The notes: generated by a model from the sequence alone, not told the origin. A DNA stretch of 61,663 bases from Basidiobolus meristosporus CBS 931.73 (GCA_002104905.1 MCFE01000532.1:1-61663); one strand, 5' to 3'. Counted from the first letter of the stretch, positions 1-13,545 are shown. Numbers and translations: made by a program.

Positions 1-428
1 GTTGGGGGCAAATAGGTAAAACGATATATAAGGAACTTGATTGCAAACGTGTTTCTTATGTACTAAACACGACAAAACCACGTGTAGGTACGGCTTACGA
101 AGATATACATTTCAAAACTTCAGTAGTCCGAACTTTGAGCTTTATCGGTAGGTCAAAGTATATCTGCAACATAGGAATATTGAGTATTAAGTCATTGAGA
201 TTGGTTCCAGATCAAGCAATCTATCGCATAAACCCTAGCCTTGCTCGCCCTCCGAACATCACCGTTAGCCAGTATATGGAATTTCTCAGTCATCATGGAT
301 ACGTTGACAAGCGGATTACTGAAGCCTATGCAGATGGCTACGAAAGAGCGCGGTTTGGTGACGAAGAGTGGTCTGAGATGGAGTATACGGACTTTATGAA
401 ACTAGTGTCTCTATTCCTGTCAACGTAA
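1..428 (+). CDS. DLT1: 3' part of a DLT1-like (defect at low temperature 1) membrane protein; gene starts before the window
   Basis: GT-AG introns at 16-87 and 148-210 join exons into ...WGQIGTAYEDIHFKTSVVRTLSFIDQAIYRINPSLARPPNITVSQYMEFLSHHGYVDKRITEAYADGYERARFG...*. This resembles the fungal Dlt1 C-terminus (WG..G..YE.IHFK, Y..GYERARF) from memory, not from a search. Confidence 0.55.
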   Translation, partial: WGQIGKTIYKELDCKRVSYVLNTTKPRVGTAYEDIHFKTSVVRTLSFIGRSKYICNIGILSIKSLRLVPDQAIYRINPSLARPPNITVSQYMEFLSHHGYVDKRITEAYADGYERARFGDEEWSEMEYTDFMKLVSLFLST

Positions 429-996
429 GCGAACAGCACTTCAGCTCGACATGTAATATCTTCTTAAACTAATTTTAACAGTCTGGGCCACCAATCTGAC
501 TTGGAATCCGATCAACAATCAATCAACACCATGCAAACGCGAATGAGTATGTGAACGCTCGCCCACTCTCTGCTTTAAATACGACAGCCTTTGGACCAGC
601 CCCCCAGACTTACCACTTAGATATTTCCCTCAATTGAGAATCTACCAATCTACTGTTCTCCTTTTTAATAAAGTCGTCAATATGCAACTTAGCTCACCAG
701 TATTTTCCTGGGGCACGTTCCTGCTTACATGACGGCCATTAGAAGAAAATAAAGCCAAGTAGTATGTAGCGACCATGACTCATCGAACAGGCATTTAACA
801 ACATAATGACGCGCCGTATCGAACCCGCAGAAAATATGTACAAAATGAAGCATATTCGGGATGTGAAACAAAGTCCACCCAACGAAGCTATACAGGATAC
901 AGGATAGTGGAGGCCTAACTCAAGTTCGCAAGTGTACAAAATCGGATTTAAATAGAAAACGAATATCACTGGCACGGCTGACGCTCAAAGCAATCC

Positions 997-3993
997 TCAA
1001 CTGTCATCCTCGTCATCTAGCCAAATCATCCTCTGTATCTTCACAACCTCATGTTGCATGGGTTGAGAATATTTCCGTTTCGTCGCCGACATACAAGAGC
1101 CTTTGGTTGGATTTGATGCCACTTTTGAAGGGCTATACTTTTTGGTCCCATTTGAAACTAATAACGGATCCCAGTTAACGCGTTTGCGCTCATGGCCTTC
1201 AATAGAATCCGCGTTTGGACGGAAATCGTCGGAGGGAGCAGTGAATTTTTGCTTTTGATTGATCCTATCTAATAGCTTCTTGGTTGGGCTGGGCGGTCTA
1301 GGAACGCCCATCTGAATGGGGATGAACTCAAGTGTGGCCAAGTGATACCCAGAATTATATTGTGTAAGATCCTTTGTAGCTGTGCGTAGGGATGAAGCTT
1401 TGACTTCGCTAAGCGGGCACTCTAAGGTCACTGGGGGCTTCCGCTCTAGTGGATTCTCATCGGAGGCTTCAATTGTGATGACTTGCATAGCCGGATCGTT
1501 CTCTGGTTCAGATAAAGGAGCTGGTTTGGTTTTCGGACTACGGCGACCCTTCGCTGGATTCTTAGGAGTATCTTTCTTTGGCGCAGCCTGTTGAGCTATC
1601 CCATTCTGTGGTTTTGTTTGTGCATTGGACCGTAGACGAGAGGAAGAGCGGAGTGAGCGGGTAGCAGCGGGTGGAGCCTTTGACTGCTCTGGTACAACGA
1701 CTTCACTTGCCTCAGTTCCCAAGGTTTGTTCCTCGCTGATCTTCTCGGGCTCAACTGAGATATCACTATCCGCTGGGCTCGTTTCGTTAGTCTCAGTTTC
1801 TTGCGGCGGCTGCTCACCCGAACCCGTACATTGCTGTGTTTCAGATTTATGATCTAGTTTTCTAACTAAAGATTTTGGCACATTAACAGACATTCTTCTC
1901 TGGTTCAATGTATCCTGAAGGTCCATCATACTTGTCTTCTTTCGCGGAGCACGGCGTTTCTTCTCACCAGGAGTGTCTTCCATACGAGATGAATCTCCTT
2001 TAAGTTGGCTCACTGTTTGACCAGCAGCAGCTGAAGATGCCACTTGCCCGAGCTCATCCGCGGTAACTGGAGTTATTAGCACTAGATGTGGTGACGCACT
2101 CTCTACGCCTTCAATAGCTGCTCCCTCGCTATATGCCGCCTCAACGATATTTAAATAAGCACTCTGAACCTCTGCTGTATCGTTTGGCTGGCCGTTGTCG
2201 GGATTCGAATGTAGGTCATTTGAATCCGAAATTACGACAGATGATTTTGAGCTCTTCTCAACGTGTTCTGAGCATTCGATCATTTCGCTACAAATAGAAG
2301 ATTAGGCCTGTTGCTTATGATATCAACCAAGCTTATGTATCCATACCTTTCAGATAATAAAGTAGTAGTCTTATTATTAGCCTCTATTAGGGAGGTATCA
2401 GCTGTGTCAATTAAAGAACTTGGAGTACTCTCATCTCTGAGTGAAGCGTCATCATCATCCACAATGGAATTTGCACCATCGGCACCATCAATGGCCTCCT
2501 CTCGCAAATTACACGTGTCTCCTTCATCCTGCCTTTGAAGTGATCTTAATGCTGAAGATTTGTATGATAACGAGAATTGTGCAGACGGCTTCAAACTAGG
2601 CTTTGTCTTCAATAGTTGTGAGCCGAGAGATGACTTGATACTTGATTTTTTTATGGTCAGCGATTTGGAGAGCGCGGATTTTCCTTGGGAACTGAGTATA
2701 GAGCGAGCTGCTTCCGCTGTAGCAACATCGTTTCTGCTAATGGATACTGGTTTGCGAAGTGTTGGATTCAAGATCGAGTTTTGCAACTTGGATGACAAGG
2801 TAGGCCTCGAGTCTGATTTGCGAAGAGATACTAATTTCTTCGCACCTGCGGTATATGAGGAGATTCTTTTACTTTCCTCCATCTCTGATGACTGTGGTGA
2901 ATCACTACCAGCGCGAGACGCCTCGTAATCGGCAGACTCAACCGAAGGTTCCTTAGAAGCTGAGAAAGGCAACTTTTTTAATTCATGTGCTAAGGAATCA
3001 TCATCCTCACTGGAACCGGGAATACAACCAGTATCGCCTTTTTTAATTTTCAAAGGTCTATGCACGGTACGATTTTCGTCGAGTAGATCAGTATCTTCGT
3101 CTGGTATAGATGTTCTATTCTTCAGCACAGTTGTAAATGACGAGGGTTGTCGGGTATCCTTGGATCTCGCAGAGATCTTGAAGGTTTTCATGTTGTCAAC
3201 CACTTCTGAATTAAGACTCGGAAGCTTTCCAATAGATCTCTCCTGATGAACTCCGGGACAATTTCCTTGTTGCGGGTTTCCAATATTCCGAAGCGTCTTT
3301 CTTTTTCGAGGAGCAGCAAGAAGGTTCTTCGTACTACCGCTTGCTTTAACACTGTACGAATTTTTCTTGTTTTTGTGTGTTTTCGATATGCTTTCTGTAA
3401 GTTGGCTAGATCCACCATTTTCGTGTTCACACTGTTGTGCATTCTCAGCTAACTCGTTATTAGGCTTCAGCTCTGATAACCCCCCTTCTGGCTCAGAGTG
3501 GTTTGAATTTTCGCTTTCGATATATGCTGGTAGGGAGGGCGCCTTGGGAGAAGCTTGCTCGCTTGCCCTAGTTGATTCATCGCGAAGTTTGTTTTTGGAG
3601 TGGCTCGGCTGTGAAATGACGGGGGAGTCTCTAGAGTCTACATTTTCACCTGTGGTGTCAGCGTGGTCAGAATCAATGTCTCCAGTTTTCACGAGGTTCG
3701 TTTTGATATCGCTGTAAACGTCCACATGTTTAGACAGGTGACACGGATTTCAAGTATGTGTGCTTAAAGTAGATGGAATACCTCTCGGCGACGATTTCGG
3801 CCTTTTTTGAAACGTTTGGCTTCGCCGCTTTCACGCGGCTAATAGGTTTTATTAGTGCACAGGAATGAAAGGGCACCATGTTGCAGGATACATACTCAGC
3901 TTTGTTCTTTTTGCCACTCGCGCGAACAACTGGAATAGTATTGTTTCTTCTCCGTTTCTCAGTAACTACGTGTTGCCCGATATGACCGAGCAT
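997..3993 (-). CDS. Large (~950-1000 aa) Ser/Lys/Glu-rich disordered protein with short C-terminal motif blocks; function unknown; start codon uncertain
   Basis: ORFs 3730-4005, 2280-3725 and 997-2283 join in frame through GT-AG introns, e.g. the 59-nt intron 2288-2346 (GTATGG...CTAAT...TAG) giving LLSE-S-EMIEC, and introns near 3714-3780 and 3840-3895. The C-terminus carries LRTATKDLTQYN, RPPSPTKK, KRVNWD and KIQRMIWLDDED blocks. Confidence 0.75.
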
Positions 3994-4357
3994 ATTTTCA
4001 GGCAAACTTAAAGGGATATCTGTCTTGTGCTGTATATTGTCGTATTAAGGCTTCCTGGTGGGATTCTTTGAACTGATTTCCCCCTCGATAGAAGCAAAAA
4101 AGAGGAATGGTAAGACTAGGAAGGCGCAGCAAACACCCAGGTAAGTGAAGGTTAGTAGACCTGTATCGCACCAAAACCATGCAAGATCCATATGTTTATC
4201 AATTTTCGAAAACCCTACCCCACCCTATTGGCTAAAAATGACTTGGACATTTGTTTACATTCTTCTATGATCAACTTACTAGTTGTAATCACATTTGCAG
4301 GATGTAAGTCGCCTCCTCTCACCCATTCAAGGAACTCATTCCAGATCAGGCTCCAGC

Positions 4358-4378
4358 TATATATATATATATATATAT
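4358..4378. repeat. (TA)10 microsatellite
   Basis: tatatatatatatatatatat read directly. Confidence 0.95.
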
Positions 4379-4835
4379 CAAACTGGCTGGTATGTTTCTA
4401 GTTCGTACAGTCCATGATCAATTCGAAAATATTCTTTAGATGATGTCGTTTTCCAAATGTATGATATATGAATAATGATTGTAGGGCTGAAGGATCACTT
4501 TTCTATTTCCGACAGCCATGGGTATGGATACATATGCAATTGAAAACGGACAAAATTCTGATAGAGGAATATAGGCGGAAAGATATAGGTGATGAAATGG
4601 CTCTTCGATAGATAGGAAAAGAAGTATATTTGTGTAAACAACTCCCTCTTCCCTGGGTAGAAGCTAGAATAGCAGAATAAAATTAAATTGAATGCTTAGG
4701 AACCTAAGAATGAGTATGTTTGGAATTGTGGCTTAAATAACGATGCATGAGAAATTGCAAGATCACCATGCGTAACTTAAAATCACACCAAGGTGATGAC
4801 TATCCAAATCAGCAAAATCCAAGGTGCTAATGTAA

Positions 4836-5852
4836 TTATGCCCAAGGCTCAAGACAATGTTTAGGGAAGACGCCTTTGACCTTTCCACGGGTTTCGTTGA
4901 TTCCTTGAGCCCAACCGTCGTCATACTGATGAAGTAAGGTAACCATATCTCCAGGTAGAATCTCGATCTCATCACCTAGAGTAGGGGTATATGTACTAAC
5001 AACAAGATAAGGGCCCTGGAATTGAACATCCTTGCCCGTGGACACTTGGCCTCCTGCCAACATGCCTGGATTGGCGCTCTCTAAGGTAGCAGTCTCATTC
5101 AAGCGGGCTTTGATTTGACGAGAAGTAGAGCGCTTACGCACTACAAACAATCCAACTGCTAGAAGGCCTACACAACCCGCTGAAGCTAGCCCAGCAATAA
5201 GCCCTTTGGGGACATTCTCCCCGTCAGTTTTCACTTCGTTGCCATTGGAATCAATCGTGTTGGCTGCCGACCCGTTGCGATTTTCCGACTCCATGTTCTT
5301 GTTGGGTTTCTTACCCACGAGTTCAACATTCGTACCTTGGGGTTCTGAGGGTGATCAATCGGAATGCGTAAACGTCTGCACAGAAAAATGCTTGGGTAGT
5401 CAGAGGAAGAAAACTCTCTTACCTTTAGTTTTTTCGAGTTGCAACCCTTGGCACTCGACAGTTTGCTTACCCACATCACATAGGAACTTCTTGTTGTTAT
5501 CTGCGTAGCACCCATACACCTTTCCCGCTGGAGTGTTGGATACAGCATTGCACTCAACAGCTGCACCCTTTGCGCTTAAACTCATGGCCTTCGGAATGCT
5601 GTCGACTTTACAAAAGCCACGAGTTTGCTTCGTCTTCCCGTGTGGCTTGGTCAGCTCACACCAGGGCTTTCCGATGGAGTCGACTTCGATACAGCCAAGG
5701 TATTCGTGTCGTTTGTAAACAAATGATGCGGCGCAAAGCTTATAGTCTACTTGGGGAAGATTCTCGGGGACAGTTTCCGGGGTGGTAACATTTTGGCTGG
5801 TAATCGATCCAGCAAGGAGCGTAGCAGCGAGAATTGCTAACAAGGACTTCAT
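4836..5852 (-). CDS. Type I membrane protein (312 aa): signal peptide, fibronectin type II-like Cys module, second Cys module, TM helix, cytosolic SH3
   Basis: Exons 5423-5852 and 4836-5344 join in frame via intron 5345-5422 (GTAAGA...CAG). Signal peptide MKSLLAILAATLLAG; C-x3-F-x-Y-x4-Y-x2-C...WC...GFC module; TM LIAGLASAGCVGLLAVGLFVV followed by RKR; SH3 YTPTLGDEIEILPGD...DDGWAQG...GVFPKHCL. Confidence 0.85.
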
Positions 5853-6249
5853 GCTCGTTTATACTCGTATGGTTGGTAGAGGTTTCAACCCGAAGGGTTG
5901 CCTATTACTGGATGATAGTGGCGAACGTGAAGGGTGGCTAAGGAATAATACTACAGAGTTTCTTGTTCGACCCAACTCCCTCGCGTATGTGGGATAGACA
6001 AAAAAGGAAGGTGCGGATTGAAGAATCTAATGATACAACGTGTTGAAGAGAACGACTAGATTCAAGTCTTGAGCACAAGTAAACCCTCGCCTAAGGGAAT
6101 GCCGAAAGAGGGAGAATGAATTAAAGAGGGTAAGAGAATGGAAATGAGGGGAGCAGTGCTTGTAAAACCTTGCTTTTAATGAGAAGTAGGATGATCACAG
6201 AATTGAACTGAGGATCATTCCACTGCCTTCAGGGTTAACAGGCCTATTT

Positions 6250-8900
6250 TAAACAATAAAAAATCTGCAGTATTGGACCATTGTCCATTGATCGGAGGGA
6301 GGGGTGCTTAGGGCTAGAATAGCGCTTGCCTATTGTAAGAATAACAAAACTATACACACCAACCAAGTCTCGGCATATTGCCAGGGTTGGAAATCCTGCT
6401 CCTCGTGGAACCGAGGCCGCATCTTAAATAATGAATTATCCTGTCTACCAACCCAGCAATGGATTCCCTCGGGTAACCCAAGTTTTCCGAATTCGTATGA
6501 ACTCATGCACAAATGTCTTCACGGCCACACTTGTATGAGCGAAGTATTGCAAAGGTGATATATTTGTCCACCCAGAAGACAAGCCATTTACTGTCCAACT
6601 CGTGTGAATCTCCTCAAAATATCAAACCGGAGCTTTCAGATGGGGATCCGACTATTGGCCACTGTTCAATAGCGAGGTAGGGCATTATCTAGGTGGGATT
6701 TTCCATGTACATTGCTTGCTTGGTGCATGCTCGGCAGAATGCAGGCCTATCCAATTATCTCCACTTTTCAATAGGATATACCTAGCTGCCTGCTGATGAT
6801 CTACTTGGAAATGCGGAGATCATCAAGGATCGCGGGTATCTTTCTACGGCAACTGTCGTACCACTACACCCGCATGCCATCCACCACACCCGCCGTTCAA
6901 AGCTGAAACAGAAGCGCAGATATATTCTTGCTGTCGCTTGTTGCTGCAAAAGGTGCTTTATCTCTTTGGAGAATCTTCAGCGAAATCAGTGATACAACCT
7001 ATTTGAAACCATCAATTATAGCTGCACAGCCATAGTGGCAAACACTGGGCTGGCTGATTGCACTGGAATGGTTTAATCGTTCGTAGCAATTAGGGACCTT
7101 GGATTTGGGCTAACATGACTCCAGCAATCAACCCGTATATCGTAGAATTTCATTCTTAAGCAGGGATCGCTTAGATCACTTGATGAGTTGGCCCTTTCGG
7201 CCTGCGATTTGAGCGCGCTGCCTCATCGCTTTGGACATACTGACCAGCAGACTAGGAATAACCGCGGCCAACTGGTATGACGACCCCTAGTACCAAGTTG
7301 CATTGCACATACGCGGTGACACCAGATGGGCTGAGAAAGCCTTGGGTTGTCACGTCTGCTCGGCATGTTTATCCTTGCACATGGATATCTTCGCTTCACT
7401 ACATCAGATCTGAAGATGCACAGCACCGTTCCCACTGGAAATTGAGTGTTTCTAAATAGAAACGTACTATTAATGGTACAACATTGGAGGGTGCAGAAGT
7501 AGCGGGTTGAGAGCCTCTCCTGCCTGTGATTGGTCCGGAGGGCTAATGAAATATGCCGTGCAAGAATCAAGGTAACCACCCTGATCAGCTTTCTTGGATG
7601 AGACAGTAGCATATGATTTATTGATGCCCCACACTATCTAAAAATATCCAAACCTCTGACAAAAGAGGGCTCCAAATTAAAGTTTGACCACTACCCACTG
7701 AAATGAATCATGCATCACGCAGCCAAAACCAGATTCAGAAACCATCTAGAATTCGCCTTGATTATGCGACAACGTTCTATCGCAAGCAGTGCGATCGGTG
7801 GTTCCTCCAAAACGAGATTCACCATGCTACAAGATGCTGGATACATGTTATCAAATTTGTATTCCATGATAAATATCTCCAATTTATTTTTCAGCATATT
7901 GCCGTATCGCCTTTTACGTCAGGCGATGGTTTCAATTAACATTAAGCTTGAATCTAAGGGGCTGGGATGGTGGCATCGCTTGGTATAGCCTGTTCTGCTG
8001 GAACTTAAATTGTGGCCAATGGCTATAGCGGCCTCCGTTGTTGTCGCTTGGTGGCATTGGGTGTTCAATCGTCGGTATATTGTTGAGCGCTGAGCCAACA
8101 GGATCCATGGTGTGCAGGATGTGTTTGCATTAGTTGTACGATCTTGGGGGCAGTTAACATCCAGGTCTTGCTATGCCAGTTGGTGGCTGTCTAGATCAAT
8201 GGCTAGCATATCAGAGTATATGCCTCGCGGTTGCATCAGCTATGTTAGTGTCCCAGGAGGGAGATACACAATCGCTATGGATTCAGTATGCCAAGCCTCA
8301 ATGACTGAATAGGGTACACCGTATTACGTACGAACAGCATATGCTATCAGATGTGTGGTGTGTTTTGTATAGATTTCATATGGTGCTCGAGTGATGATTG
8401 GTTGTGAATCAAGGGCTATGCGGTATTTTCTCTTAGCTGCTCTAATTACTGGAGCTTAGGTGATGCCTTGCCTTACATATGTATCGCCTTGTTGCGATAT
8501 ATGTTGATCTTTACTGGGTGGCCTCGCATTTGTATTGCCTTCTCGCTGGCTGTTTGAAGGCCACCTTTGCCGTTCATCAGGAGACCAGTTATATTTCAGC
8601 TCAGCTTATTGATGTTCCCGGCATCAAGACAAAAACCACCATAGAATGCACGTCTAGTGGTGCATCTCCCTGAATCCAGATCCCTATTTTTCCTCTGGTG
8701 CAGAATACTGATGAAGAGTTTTGGTGGACTTCGAATCGATGGCTATGGAGGCACCAGGGATGCCACAGAATTCTAATGTCGTGATATCATCCTGCACTGA
8801 CAACATGGTCCATTACCGCTATACTCGATTCAACACCCAGTAGCCTTCCATCATTGCTTGCACTGTGATTGTGATCATGGGCACATATTGCCCAATTTTG
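6250..8900 (-). mobile_element. Highly degraded L1/Tx1-like non-LTR retrotransposon relic (ORF1-like, endonuclease-like and RT N-terminal remnants); boundaries approximate
   Basis: Stop-riddled minus-strand translations give TAGVVDGMRV*WY (cf. KAPGPDG..E.Y), ILLKSGD and CPTSLLN (cf. LPKKGD...RPISLLN) in LINE RT order, plus a long near-open frame at 7700-8500. Confidence 0.4.
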
Positions 8901-9206
8901 GCGCCCAGATGTTACAGTAAGTGTGTAACCCGTATCCTAGCACTTAGTAAACAAACGAATATCAGCCATTAGTCGAAGTTGATCACTGTGAATGAACATC
9001 ATTTATTAGTTCTATTCCAGTGTAGAATCTGAGCATTCAGGAGGTTGGATGAGAAGTTGCATAATGAGAGGTTACGACGTATTGCACGAGATTGAGCGCC
9101 TTCATTACTTTTGGCAGCATCGGTTATAAGTATCAAACAACCGGAAATATGCTGTAGCCAAGAAGGCGGGACTCTCGCCAACTGATTGGTTGCCAACTCG
9201 AATCCA

Positions 9207-9829
9207 TCAACGAAGGACTTTCTTGAACTTATACTCTGAAACAGTGTGAATTGTTTGCGGAATTGACGCTTAGTTAAGTGGGAAGCTTACCTAGTTGCTT
9301 GGAATATTCATCTAATTCTGCAGTTACTTGCTCAATGAAATCCACTTGTCTGCTGATGTCATCAATCTGTGTTATATATGTGCTGAAGCTTGCGTCTAAA
9401 AAATGGCCACGTTAGTAGGAGGCCCAGGAGAATTCCAAATACATTTTTAGACAAGTACAAGATTGCTGTAATTTGGTGACTTGGTTTATCAAGTCCTTTG
9501 CATCATCGGACATTCCCTGGTATTTCTCCTTGGTTAGGTTATTGAAAGTTTCCAAAAGCTTATAGTCCTGGGTAGAAGCTAATCAAAAGTATTGATTATT
9601 AAATACGAGGAATCTCTTTGCGGACCTTGTGTCGTATTAAAAGGCTACCTAGGAGCTCGGACTTCAAATACTCCGACACCTTATCAAACATCTCTTGAGA
9701 TAGGTTGAGCGCATCTTCCTTTCCTGCAGTCTTAGATCTCTCTGTGGCGGAGGAACTGTTTCGAGGGCGAGTCTTGCTGCCAGATGTTAAGAAGTCCTCA
9801 AAGACAGAGCTACTTGGGGAGTCGGACAT
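9207..9829 (-). CDS. BLOC1S2: BLOC-1 complex subunit 2 (BLOS2)
   Basis: Four exons give MSDSP...QEMFDKVSEYLKSELL-ASTQDYKLLETFNNLTKEKYQGM...YITQIDDISRQVDFIEQVTAELDEYSKQLEYKFKKVLR*, the typical BLOS2 coiled-coil pattern. Confidence 0.85.
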
Positions 9830-10419
9830 GATTTGAGGCAGTGTAGTAATAGTGTATGATGTGTTCGCTCTAATTAAATCGCTCTGGAATATTGATCAGA
9901 TTTGATGATTTGACCCTAAGAATTGGGCAGTGCTGCCCATTATCATATGTACAAGTTACATTTCTAGCATTCAAACCCTATCCCTATTGGAGGTAAACAG
10001 TTGCTCATCACACTCGTTTCTTGGGAGCTGACAGATTATCTTTGGTGCACACTAGCATGCATACCGGTGTCCAGACACAGTTCAATGTTGGCCGTGTTGT
10101 TGTTGGTTTTCTTTATTGTCATTACAATACTAGACCATTTATACAAAAGAAAAACTTCGCTACAGGAACAAATAATACAAATATGACCTATCAATATTTT
10201 TCTCACGAGCGAGCAGGCGTGGAGTCGTTCATGAGGTTCTAGATTTTGACATGAAAAACTATTAATGGGCCCCAGAATTGAACGGGCAAATAAATGTGAG
10301 CTGGGAAAACTGTCTACAATTGAACCAATGTAGGGACTATCACATCGTTTTACGGCAAACGATGTGGAGATATTTACTCGAGATTCGAGCAAGTTAATAT
10401 TCAGCCGAGCATCAAACAA

Positions 10420-13400
10420 TCACTGCAAGGTTTTCAAAAAATTGATGATGTCGTTAAATGAATCGGCTATGGATTTTGGTTTTTCGGTGTTTGGGTCGCC
10501 GGTGGCGGCCATCTCCAACTCTGCAATGCTGGCAAATTCACATGCTTGGCTCACCGAGCCCCCGCCGATCATCTCATTGAAATGCAAGAACTCTTCTAGA
10601 ATGCTTACTAAACTCCGGACCGAACGATCCGGCAACAGGTCTATGATGAGCTTCTGGTTCGGTTCATTCTGCTTCATAAGACAGCCAAGTAAGAGGGCGA
10701 CGTACGCAACTAAAACATTATGTTCGGTCTACGATTAGGAGCACGTGATTAATACGAAGCAGTTAGAGGGGAGCGGTGATTTCTGTCGCAACATACCGAG
10801 TCCACACCGTTTTGAATTCGGGTGTATAATTCAATGAGATACTCAAGGGCAAGCTTTTTGCTACATTGGCAATGGACGGTGTGTTGCGTGTGGCACGATT
10901 CATTTGGACAAAATTCTGCTCAAGTTAGGATTGCTTCATTCTGATGGGTAATGAATAGGTACGTACCGGTCTCTCGGATTATGTCTTTGCATTCTTCACT
11001 TGCGTCCACGATATTGATCAATAAGCCAATTGATAGCAGGGTAACGTCGTACCTGGACGCTGACAGCGTTTCATTTATGCCAGTATCCGAAGATTCGATT
11101 TTGTTGCTTTGGCTGAAGGAAATGAGCCGCATGACTACACTAAGCCCAGGCTGTTCAGACACTAGATGCGAGCATTTTTCATGTTCATTCGTCAAATTGA
11201 TGAGCAGGCGAAGGACGCCGCTGATAGAATCCATCGCCTGGATCGCTTTTTGAGGGCTACCTGAGGTCCCCTCAACCTGGAAGAACAATGCTAGTATAAG
11301 AAGTCTTCTGAATAGATTCTTGTATAGAGCTACTGCGTCTTGATTGGCGGGACAAAACTGGGTTGCATTTTCGAGGATTCGTAGATAAGGCGCACTCTCC
11401 AGCAATGTCTCATAATCTAGTTTCGGCTGATTCGCATCGTTAAGCTGTTGATTCATTGTCATCAAATCTTCTTCCAAGATTCGACAAACAATGTCTAGTA
11501 TCCCGGACTCCCTAACTCTGGTCCGGGTTACTTCATCATTGCGGGATTTTCGAGAGACAATCGAGAGCAGAGTGCGGGCCGCCAAGGATTTGACGGAAAT
11601 CTGGAGATGCAGCCGCTTAATGCAAAAGCCGGTGTGAAATTGGAAAGAGAGTACACTTACCGAAGCTTCGGGTAAGACGGGTTTGGAGGTAGCGACTAGC
11701 TCGCGGAGTTCCTTGATCTGGCAGATAAGTTCGAAGTCAGCACGACGAGTATTTGATTTGCGGTGTGTATATGTATCATGCGTGCATTACCAATCTCTTT
11801 TCAGACTTAGTGGAGCCCCAATTTGGCTGAACAAGTGGGTCAGGCTCGACAGTCAACAATTTCCCCAAAAGCTCCAAGCAATGATCTTCAAGAGGCAAGA
11901 ATTCCAGGTTGCGTTTATCTTGGGTCAAAAGGTACAGCATGAATGCCCTACAGGACAGGATTGTCTATCATCAAGTTAGCACTAGTCAGAGCGAAATATA
12001 GACAGGATCACTGGAAACATACTGTGTCGTTTTGCTCCCGCAAAAGTTCATAAATCTTGGGGATAAAGTTGTGAGCACGCAGCTTCATACTAAAGCTGCC
12101 TGACAGCAACTTGCGTGTAAGCTCAAGACAACTGCATTGAAAAAACATTAACAAATGTAGGTTAGAGCAGGATGGTAAACGATGACAAACCTGGTTCTAC
12201 GAACACTTAGTGACTGCTCGGGATCTAGTCCTCCCAAAACGTACTCCATCTCGTCATTGAATCGTTTACTCTCACCAAGTTCTCTTAGCTCGTGCTGGCT
12301 TTTGAGATCCGTTGCGGTTTGCTGCACAATGATTTAATAATGATCAGTAATGCTCGAATCGTTCGATAAAAACCAACAGTACTCACATCATCATCGTCGT
12401 CGATCAAATCTCGCTCCGCTGAACCATCATCCCATCTGCTATCACCTTCAGGCAAGGTCTTTGCTCTGTGGTAACTTGGAGTGGTAGGTGCGGGTGTATG
12501 AGGCGAATGCTGCTTTCTAGCGAGGATCGACTTTCTAGGAGTTGCATCCAAGTCTGTCTTTGCGCGAGAAAACGTAGGCGGTGATAAATTGGAAGTGCTC
12601 TCAGGGGTGTCGTCCCTCTTCTGTCGATAGACCTTCGATGACTTTTTGCCCTTTGTTTTTACATCCTTTTCATGGCTATTGGCATTACTCGGTTTCTCGG
12701 CTTTGCTGTGGGATTCTTTTTTTTTGGAATCCTCCGATTCAGTTACTTCAATGTCAGACTTCATGATATCGGCAACACTTAGTTTGGAAATCTGCGACGC
12801 AGACATGTTGCTTCGAACAGAGATCCTATCGGTAAATATCACTGGTGTCCAAGTGTCTTGACCCTCTTCTTCATGAAAGCTGCCAAACAGATTGGTTCTT
12901 TTGGTTTTCGGTGTCGCGTACTCACTATCAGTGTGTGCTCGTTTAAGTGAGTGTGCAATCTTTGAACGAGCTGGGCTATTTTTGGGAGTTGTATCTTGTG
13001 TCGACTCTAAAGTAGGATTGCCAAGAAAACTTGCAAAAATATCTTCCAAGGAGTTTTGGCCCTTCTCAGAGGTATCTGTAGTGTACGCTTTGGACTCTGT
13101 GGTGGGGACTTGGCCTCTATGTCCAGATGAGCTTTCGGATGTAGTTTCAGCGATATTCGTTTCAGCACTTTGTGTAGTTCTCTTCACTGAGGAAAATGGT
13201 TTCTTCGAGGTATAATTAGTTAATTCAGCTGGTTACATTTGCTCAAGTTATTTATCTTACCTTACGCACTTCTGCCTCACTTGAGATAGGACCCTCTTTA
13301 TCCTTCGATACTTGCTTACGTTCTCTGGTTCGTTTGATTAGGGATGCATAGTTACTATTTGTCTCCGACTTTCCAACACTCTCACTCTTATCCACAGTTG

Positions 13401-13545
13401 CGCTTTCAACGCTTTCAGCTTCGGGATCCGTGCTCCGGGTATCATCATGTGTGGAGAGGTTTGCTAAAGTAGGAACGGGTTTTTTATTTCTTCTTCCAAA
13501 TGTTACTTTTATCTCCTTATTCCTCAGGCCAAATTCGGTAGGCAT
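10420..13545 (-). CDS. WAPL: Wings apart-like cohesin release factor (Wpl1/Rad61), multi-exon
   Basis: Disordered N-terminus (VTFGRR...) followed by a helical WAPL domain: LRILENATQF, VLRLLINLTNEHEKC, LLSIGLLINIVD, AYVALLLGCLM...LVSILEEFLHFN. GT-AG introns link ORFs 13252-13545, 12285-13187, 10920-11585 and 10420-10677. Confidence 0.85.

Noticed and set aside
2280-2283. ATGA stop/start overlap between ORFs 2280-3725 and 997-2283, suggesting translational coupling of two genes
   Set aside because: A canonical 59-nt intron (2288-2346) joins them in frame into one gene.
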